Assembly: GCA_963663405.2 (NCBI GenBank)
Contig: CAXXSM010000128.1
Coordinates: forward strand, 1 to 15,077
Direction: 5' to 3'
Source of the DNA: a bacterium
GTDB lineage: Bacteria; Hinthialibacterota; Hinthialibacteria; Hinthialibacterales; Hinthialibacteraceae
DNA: 15,077 nt
Shown: positions 8,297 through 15,077 of the stretch, piece after piece
Numbering within the stretch: the first letter of the stretch is position 1
How the letters are laid out: each line of letters starts with the position of its first letter
Translations under genes and position numbers: made by a program
The notes under the pieces: generated by a model
Seen by the model: the letters and a program-made list of their open reading frames with translations, nothing else
Told to the model about the DNA's origin: nothing
Databases searched by the model: none

Positions 8297-9743
8297 ATGT
8301 CACAACATACAATCAACCGGCGGGAGATGTTGACGGCGGCCCTCGCCGCGGGCGCCCTCCCCGCGATCCAAAACCGGTCAGCCGCGCAGGAAAATAAACC
8401 GCTGCGTAATGTGCTTTTGATTATCGCTGACGATCATGGATTGGATATGCCCTGCTATGGAAATTCCGTCATCAAAACGCCTAATCTAGAACGCCTCGGC
8501 CGCTGAAGGGATCCGGTTCACCAACGCGTTCTGCACCACAGCCAGCTGCAGCGCCAGCCGCTCCGTCATCATGACGGGGCTGTTCAATCACCGGAACGGA
8601 CAATACGGCCACGTTCATTCGTACAATCATTTCTCAACTCTGCCCTGGGTGCAAACGCTCCCTCGCTTGTTAAAGGATCACGGATACACGACGGGAATCA
8701 TCGGCAAGTTCCACGTCAGCCCGGAAGATTTATATCCCTTCGACGCTAACTATACGGGACAACGGGCGATCGGCAGCAGCCGCAATGGCGCCCGGATGGC
8801 CGAACGGGCGAAAGAATTCTTCGAAGCCACACAGGGCGCCCCTTTCTATCTACACATCGGTTTCGCCGATCCCCACCGCGCGGGAAAGGGATTCGCGAAT
8901 GAGAACGCGTATCCGGAAATTGAGCCGGTCACCTATAAACCGGAAGACGTGATCGTACCTCCCTTCTTACCGGACACACCGGAATGCCGCGAGGAACTAG
9001 CGGAATACTACCAGGCGGTCAGCCGGATGGATCAAGGGATTGGGAAGATTCTCAAAGCCTTGAAAGATACAGGCAGAGACAAAGACACATTAATCATTTA
9101 TATCAGCGACAACGGCATCCCTTGGCCGGGCGCGAAGACGAACTGCTACGATCCCAGTCTCCACATGCCGACGATCGTGCGCTCTCCAGATCAAACCAAG
9201 CGTGGCGGCGTCAACAACGCGATGATCGCGTTTCCCGATCTTGTCCCCACGATTCTCGAATGGACAGGCGCGCCCGGTCCAGACTATGAATTGGACGGCC
9301 GCTCGTTTCTACCCGTTCTAGAAGAGGAAGATCCAGCCGGGTGGGATGAAGTCTATTTTTCCCATACTTTCCATGAGATTACGATGTATTATCCCATGCG
9401 GGGCGTGCGCACGAGACGTTACCGCTACATCAACAACCTCGCTCATCAGCTTCCCTATCCGTTCGCGAGCGATCTTTTCGCTTCGAAGACATGGCAGGGA
9501 GTGTTAACGCGGGGGGATACAATGTATGGAAAGAGGACCGTCGACGCTTATCTACATCGGCCCCCGGAAGAGCTGTACGATCTGCAAAACGATCCGGATG
9601 AAAGCATAAACCTAGCGGATAATCCAGCGTACAAAACCGTTCTGGATGAAATGCGGAGTAAAACCCAAGCGTTTCGCGAACGCACGAAAGATCCTTGGCT
9701 GATTTTACAGAATTACGCCGATCCCTATAGAGGTCACGGTTAA
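8297..9743 (+). CDS. Tat-exported sulfatase, N-sulfoglucosamine sulfohydrolase (sulfamidase)-like; one +1 frameshift near 8498
   Basis: NRREML leader and NVLLIIADDHG...KTPNLERL. Removing one G at ~8498 gives AAEGIRFTNAFCTTASCSASRSVIMTG, which joins ORF 8571..9743. Also has GKFHV, SDNG and SHTFHEITMYYPMRGVRT, similar to sulfamidase, and EELYDLQNDPDE. Confidence 0.88.
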
Positions 9744-9777
9744 ATTGAGATCAAATCCATTCGAAAGAGATTAACGT

Positions 9778-10788
9778 ATGTCTAATAAAAAGACCAATGC
9801 CGGAGAGTCTTCTGAACTCTCCGCTTTCCTATCGAAACTCACCGATCGGATCATCCAAACAAACACCGGCGCCACGAAAGAAGAAGCGCTTCGGATCGCT
9901 GACGTCCCGGATGATGACATATTGCTTTTGTTCCACTACGCGGGGAAACTAAAGCAGCGTTTCCGGGGAGACAAGGTGAGCCTCTGTTCTATCGTCAACG
10001 CCAAATCGGGAGTTTGTCCCGAAGACTGTTCGTTCTGCGCGCAATCCGCCCATTACAACACCGGCGCGGCGGTCTATCCAATGCTGGAAACCAGCCAGAT
10101 TGTGGAAGCGGCGAAGAACGCAAAAAAAGATGGCGCGCACTCGTTCGGTATCGTTACCAGCGGACAAGGGATTCAGGATAAAGATGAACTGCGGGAAATT
10201 GGGGAATTAGTCAAAGCCATCCGCCTCGAAGTAGATATCGATGTGCACGGCTCACTCGGTCTTTTGACAAAAGAACAATTGGTGTATCTGAAGGATTGCG
10301 GCATTACCGAGATCAATCACAACCTAGAAACATCCGAACGCTTTTTTCCTCAAATCTGCACAACCCATTCCTTTCAAGACCGTGTGGAGACGTTAAGGAA
10401 CATCCAAGCCAGTGGGATGAAGGTCTGTGCGGGCGGTATTTTCGGCATGGGGAAACTGTGGAGGATCGCATCGATTTGGCGTTAACCTTGCGGGATTTAA
10501 ACGTGCAAACGATCCCTATGAATTTTCTACACCCGATAAAAGGCACCCCGCTGGAACAGATCGAGTCGTTAACTCCATTGACCATCCTTCGCACCATCGC
10601 GATGTTCCGATTTCTTCTGCCTGACCGGGAAATCAAATCTGCGGCGGGCGTGAAAAAAAATCTGCGGATATGCAATGCATGATCTTCTATTCTGGCGCTG
10701 ACGGCGTAATGATCGGTAACTATTTGACAACCACAGGAGAGATCCAGAACTCGATATTCAGATGTTACAGGATCTTGGTCTTGAATAA
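9778..10788 (+). CDS. bioB: Biotin synthase (radical SAM), split by several single-base indels
   Basis: CSIVNAKSGVCPEDCSFCAQSAHY, NHNLETS, CTTH, GGIFGMG. After a shift at ~10450 the protein continues ETVEDRIDLA...IPMNFLHPIKGTPL. Further shifts at ~10638-10660 and ~10738 give CGGRE...MIFYSGADGVMIGNYLTTTG...DPELDIQMLQDLGLE, with TAA at 10786-10788. Confidence 0.92.
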
Positions 10789-10794
10789 ACTGTG

Positions 10795-10815
10795 GGGCGG
10801 GTCATGCGCCCGCCC
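10795..10815. terminator. GC-rich hairpin between convergent bioB and the oxidoreductase gene
   Basis: GGGCGGG-TCATGCG-CCCGCCC, 7-bp stem in the 43-bp gap between the two stops; no strong U-tract. Confidence 0.45.
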
Positions 10816-10831
10816 ATCCAAGTACATTCAT

Positions 10832-12288
10832 TCACGACGTAAAGAGTTCTGGAATCTCCAACCGTTTTTTAATCTCCAGCGATTGTTTCCCATAGAGACA
10901 GGCGGTTGCGGCCATCGCGCCCCGTTTCCCATCGCAGAGATTGGGATAGCCCGAACGGATCGTATGCGCGAAACCCTGCAGTTCCCACTTATATGGATCG
11001 TACGGTGACATGTCGCTGGCGCCGCCGCTTCCTTTCGCTTCTTCCGACACATGACCCGCGAACGCTGCTTCGCTGATATCTTCACTCGTCACTTCCGTTG
11101 TTGTGGTTTTCTCCTCTTCCGCCGCCTCCAGCGCTCTGTCCTCACTCCACCCCGGTTCCCAGAAGAGATACGATTCGTTCTCATTGCTCAGGATAATCGT
11201 CCCACGTGTGCCCATGATCTCCTCATAATATTTATCCACTCCGCTGCTTTGAATTGAGGAGTAGGTCACCGTGCGGTTTTCGGGATACTCAAAGATGGCG
11301 TAAATATGATCGGAGATGGTGCGATCATCGCGGGCGTATCCCTGCAGTGACCGGCGGAATTCTTCAAATGTCCCGGCCACGTTTCCATTGTAACTTGGTG
11401 GCGATTTTGTATTCCTCCCGTTCTTTTTCGTAGAGATCACACTGATCTTCTTCGGTTTTGAATCGTCCACCGCTGGCGTAAACCGCTGAGGGCATTGAAT
11501 CGAAGAGCCAGTTGGTGATCGCGATCTGGTGGCTGCACAATTCCGTCCACAGCCCATGCGACATCTCCTTATACCAACGCCAATTGACCAAATGCTGGAC
11601 GTCGGAATACCCGCAAGATTGTGTATTCATTTTCATCAACTGGGCCTGCTGCCCCTTATCAGAACTGTTCCACACATGGGTCCAGTAATTCCAATCGCTG
11701 TTGCGGTGCCAAAGGGCGCGACATGATAGACATTGCCCAACAATCCTTCTTTCATCATCTTGTAGGCGTCCCAATAGAGCGGATTGTAAAACCGTTGATG
11801 GCCAATCTGAAGATTGAGCCCTTTGCGTTCCGCCAATTGAGTCATCTCTTGGCATTCCTCGATCGAGTACGCCATCGTTTTCTCAACAAACACATGCTTG
11901 CCCGCCCGCAGCGCCTGCATGGCCAAGGGCGCGTGGGTATGGAGAGGTGTGGCGATGATCACCGCTTCGATATCCGCGTCACGCAGCATCTCCTCAAAAT
12001 TCTCATATGCTTTGGCGTGTGGATCGTGTCCCAGTTTCTTATCCCGGATCATGGATTGCCCCAATTCCCGGTTGTCGGACGAATATCGCACGAGGCTGTA
12101 ATGTAGAGATAATTTGGATTGGCCACACTGATTAGAACCCGTCCTTCCATCCCCGTTCCAACGATTCCCGTCTTGACCGGCCCCACGGCGTTCGCTTTGA
12201 TTGCGACGGCCCCTGCGACAGGCAAGACTCCAGCGGCTTTAATGAAATTTCGGCGTCCAATGATTTTTTGTTCGGCTGTAAGTGTCAT
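10832..12288 (-). CDS. Tat-signal Gfo/Idh/MocA-family oxidoreductase, split by about 3 indels
   Basis: GGAGG RBS then ATG at 12288: MTLTAEQKIIGRRNFIKAA, GIVGTGMEG (Rossmann), IEAVIIATPLHTH, GKHVFVEKTMA, QIGHQRFY, NWRWY...GLWTELCSHQI, GTRGTI. The pieces lie in ORFs 12049..12303, 11636..12091, 11364..11855 and 10832..11557, with shifts at ~12076, ~11721 and ~11365-11420. Confidence 0.9.
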
Positions 12289-12345
12289 GATCGTCACCTC
12301 CAAAATTGGTTGTTATCTTGGTTTTTATGAATAAAAATCGGCGCT

Positions 12346-12363
12346 AGCGTCATTCATGACGCT
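12346..12363. other. Perfect inverted repeat in the doxX-oxidoreductase spacer
   Basis: AGCGTCAT-TC-ATGACGCT (8-bp arms). Confidence 0.45.
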
Positions 12364-12373
12364 TCCGGCGCAG

Positions 12374-12943
12374 TCACCTCCGTGCTTCATTTGACTGGAT
12401 TGGCGCGAGAAGGCTGTCAATCCCATAGAGCCGGTTGGGATTGACAGTGAAGAGAACGGCTAACGCCAGCAGTTCAACAACATTCTTGTTCACCAGGAAA
12501 TAGCTGCCTTCCGCCCCGGCCATCTGTTTGCCCGCCCATTGCGCGTGTTGAATGGCGCTGTCGAATCCCTGCCAATCCACCGCCCCTAAAGTGGGAACCC
12601 ATTCAAACGACGCATCGCCGCGATAAACATTGCCATAAAACCATCGCGGTTCCTGTGGCGTATCGCGTATACAGACCCAGCATCAAACCCAATCCCGATA
12701 AGAATAAAAGCCAGGGAACTAGAAATCATTCATAGCGAGCAGCCAAGGCGTCTCCGCCACGAATTGAAACACGGGAGCGAAAGGCCCCCACGTCCCCAAT
12801 AGATACCCCTTCGCGCTCCAAGCCGGTTGCGATAATTTGATCCAGCCTTCCCACAGGAAATGCCAGCCCACCACGACGCGTAAAACTGTCAGCGCTATCG
12901 TTTGACGATCGAACTCGTTGATTTTAAATCGATTCGTTTTCAT
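12374..12943 (-). CDS. DoxX/DoxD-family membrane protein, split by indels
   Basis: LRVVVGWHFLWEGWIKL...WSAKGYL...GPFAPVF. After a shift at ~12721 it reads LVPWLLFLSGLGLMLGLYTRYA; more indels fall at ~12610-12636. C-terminus is EGSYFLVNKNVVELLALAVL...YGIDSLL. The start overlaps the apbE stop by 4 nt. Confidence 0.82.
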
Positions 12944-14012
12944 TGTTCTAACACCTCCATTCTCGTTTCATCGATATTCGCCGTGACGATCTCACTTTTG
13001 CCCCGCGAATTCGGAAGCGTTACGATCGCCACGCCGATTGTTGGATGCTTATCACAGAATTGGAGCGTTTTCTCCACTCCCATGACGTAGAACGCCGTTG
13101 ACAGCGCTTCCGCTTCCGCCGCTGTGGGAGCGATGACATTGACGTTCTCCATATGATGAACAGGACGCCCTGTGCGTGGATCGAGGATATGCCCATAAAC
13201 GCGACCGTTATGAGTAAAACGCTGGAATTCCGCCCCCGATGAGGAATACCTTGGTTTACAAGCCCGATCCGCGCATATGGCCGGTTTCGATCCATTGGAT
13301 TGCGGATCGATAGATTCCACCGGTCTTTCCAGGCAGGCGCGCCGCTGGCGAAGACACTGCTGAATCCGCCGCTCAACATTACATTGCGTAATCCCCTTTT
13401 CCGCGAGATAAGGATCGCTCGATCCAGCGCGAATCCTTTCCCCAAGCTGGCGGGACTCAATTCAATTCCTTGCTTTCGAAAGAACACAGTCCGTTTCTCT
13501 TCATCGAGTTCAACAAACTCCATCCCCACCGCGTTTTTTCGCATTTCTCAATTCTTTATCCGAAGGGATACGCCCCTCCGTTGAAAGAATCCCCAACAGC
13601 GGGAAAGCGGTGTGCTGGAAATGTCATATGCGCCATTGGTAGCCAAGTAAATTTGACGGGCCAGTTTCACCAACGAAAAAATCTCCCGCTCACTTTGACC
13701 GGCTTAATCGCCGCCCGGCGGTTCAATTCCATTAGTTCCGACCACCCGCGCCAAATTGTGAGCAGGCGTTCAATCCGGTCGATTTCATTGAGAACTGCAA
13801 AAGCGATCCGCCGCGCTTCACTGTTCTCATTCGAGCCGAAGATCACTTCAAAATCCGTATACATCGCTTCCCGCTTCACACGGATATAAGAAGGATTCAC
13901 TCCCAGCGGTATGCGATCCTTCGCAAACCGCAGCCGGATCGGATATACGATCGGGGAACGAAAAAAGCGAACCGAGAAAGTCCTTGCGGTTGATATGCGG
14001 ATAGGTTTGCAT
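12940..14012 (-). CDS. apbE: FAD:protein FMN transferase (ApbE family), split by several indels
   Basis: GGAGG RBS then ATG at 14012 (MQTYPHINRKDFLGSLFS). Fragments REAMYTDFEV...EIDRIERLLTIWRGWSELMELNRRA, LGKGFALDRA, SGGFSSV, SSSGAEFQRF...YGHILDPRTGRP, APTAAEAEALSTAFYVMG are ApbE hallmarks. Confidence 0.85.
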
Positions 14013-14174
14013 GAGACAAGACCTCCACGATTTCAAATCACGGTTCAGACAATTTGTTGATCTCTTACTTTGGATTGTAGGTTTGGAAAGGTGAATTGAG
14101 TATTCGCGATATTACCGATTTTACACTGCGGAAATCACTTATAGAGGATTGAAAAAGGTTTATCCTGCTCGATA

Positions 14175-14204
14175 ATTATACTGAGTCAATCAGCGGGGTA
14201 GCAA
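14175..14204 (-). promoter_or_regulatory. Candidate sigma70 promoter for the apbE-doxX-oxidoreductase operon
   Basis: On the minus strand: TTGCTA (14204-14199) - 18 bp - TATAAT (14180-14175), about 160 bp upstream of the apbE start. Confidence 0.45.
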
Positions 14205-14276
14205 GGGGAAGGCTTTTTTCTCCCCTTGTATAATATCCGGATGTAGATCCAGGGCAGATGAAAAACCTTGCCCTGG
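14202..14276. other. Two adjacent inverted repeats downstream of the response regulator and overlapping the candidate -35 box
   Basis: CAAGGGGA-N11-TCCCCTTG (14202-14228) and CCAGGGCA-N12-TGCCCTGG (14249-14276). Confidence 0.5.
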
Positions 14277-14369
14277 CCACCCTCTCTTCCATACTCACTC
14301 CTACGATGAGCCAAAGGGAAATCACAAAAGAAAAATTTGACCCACCTGAAAGAATCCACACGGAGGAAT

Positions 14370-15017
14370 TCATTCAACCGATGTAATCCCTGGCGGATCG
14401 CGTATTTTGTCAGTTCGGCGATCGAATGGATGTTTAGTTTGCTCATGATATGCTGACGATGCGCGTCCACTGTGCGTTCGCTTACGTTAAGATGGGAAGA
14501 GATCTCTTTCGTTGTCTTCCCTTCAGCCAACAGTTGCAGCACTTCCCGCTCCCGCGCTGTCAGCGCCGATGAGACGGATTCCCCGGTGGAAGCGGTTTGC
14601 ATATACTTGACGACCGAATCGATCACTTTCGACTCAGATACGTTTGATCGTTCATCACGGTCCGGATCGCCGCCGCGAGTTCCTTGAACGCGCAGCTTTT
14701 CGGCAGATAACCGACGCGCCCGCTTTGATCATCTCCGCCACATATTGCGTGTCGGTATGGACGGATAGAGCGATTACTTTCACCGTCTTCGATTCACCAA
14801 GGATTTGACGGGTGGCCTCGATGCCGTTCATATCCGGCATCGTGATATCCATAATCACAACATCCGGCTGCAACTCACGAACGAGTTCTATCGCCCGCCG
14901 CCCGTTCTCCGCTTCCCCAGCGACACACATCCCCGATTCTTTTTCCAACAACGGACGCAGCCCATCGCGGATAATACTATGATCGTCCGCCAATACGATC
15001 TTTATCTTCAATGTCAT
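14370..15017 (-). CDS. NarL/FixJ (LuxR-HTH) response regulator, split by indels
   Basis: IVLADDHSIIRDGL...PDVVIMDITMPDMNGIEAT...VIALSVH. After shifts at ~14712 and ~14631 it reads GYLPKSCAFKELAAAIRTV...LTAREREVLQLLAEGKTTKEIS...RTVDAHRQHIMSKL. Restoring one G at ~14388 gives RQGITSVE and a stop at 14370-14372. Confidence 0.9.
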
Positions 15018-15077
15018 ATCGATCCATCCTTTTCATTCTCCGCCCCGTTTCCCAATGGAACGATCAAGATCACACGG
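15014..15077 (-). CDS. C-terminal end of a probable sensor histidine kinase (partial)
   Basis: The minus strand reads RVILIVPLGNGAENEKDGSI-stop. The TGA overlaps the regulator ATG (ATGA). RVxLxVPL resembles the last strand of HATPase_c. Only 20 residues are visible. Confidence 0.55.
   Translation of the reverse strand, partial: RVILIVPLGNGAENEKDGSI

Noticed and set aside
8490-8510. Programmed frameshift or selenocysteine read-through at the TGA ending ORF 8297..8506
   Set aside because: The protein continues in a different frame, so read-through does not restore it. There is no slippery heptamer, one extra G explains it, and neighbouring genes show similar indels.
10645-10665. A8 tract in bioB as a phase-variation site
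   Set aside because: It is one of several indels in a housekeeping gene within an error-rich stretch; homopolymer miscalling is simpler.
14013-14170. FMN riboswitch in the apbE leader
   Set aside because: I could not find the conserved RFN-element blocks (e.g. AGGGCGGGGTGAAATTCCCGACCGGCGG) on the minus strand.
14186-14369. C-terminal extension of the LuxR ORF (14186..14626) as a novel domain
   Set aside because: Restoring one G at ~14388 gives the normal ending AIRQGITSVE-stop at 14370, so the extension is read-through into intergenic DNA.

Overview
Bacterial window with no mobile element, CRISPR array or RNA gene that I can recognise. The left half (+ strand) encodes the 3' part of a Pro/Thr-linker surface protein with three copies of a ~100-aa domain I cannot name, an orphan TRAP large permease (dctM), and a 977-aa secreted lamin-tail/CotH-kinase/Ig-like/beta-sandwich protein. 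Next come a small Cys-rich DUF6485-like gene (-), a SAM methyltransferase, a twin-arginine-leader enolase-superfamily acid-sugar dehydratase, a twin-arginine sulfamidase-like sulfatase and biotin synthase (bioB). The right half (- strand) has the tail of a probable histidine kinase, a NarL-type response regulator and an apbE - doxX - Tat-Gfo/Idh/MocA operon, which is the best candidate for an uncharacterised flavin-linked extracytoplasmic redox module. Every full-length gene from ~8500 onward carries single-base indels, while all genes before that are intact. This looks like long-read consensus error rather than real pseudogenisation. All family assignments come from motif recognition by eye; no database searches were run.
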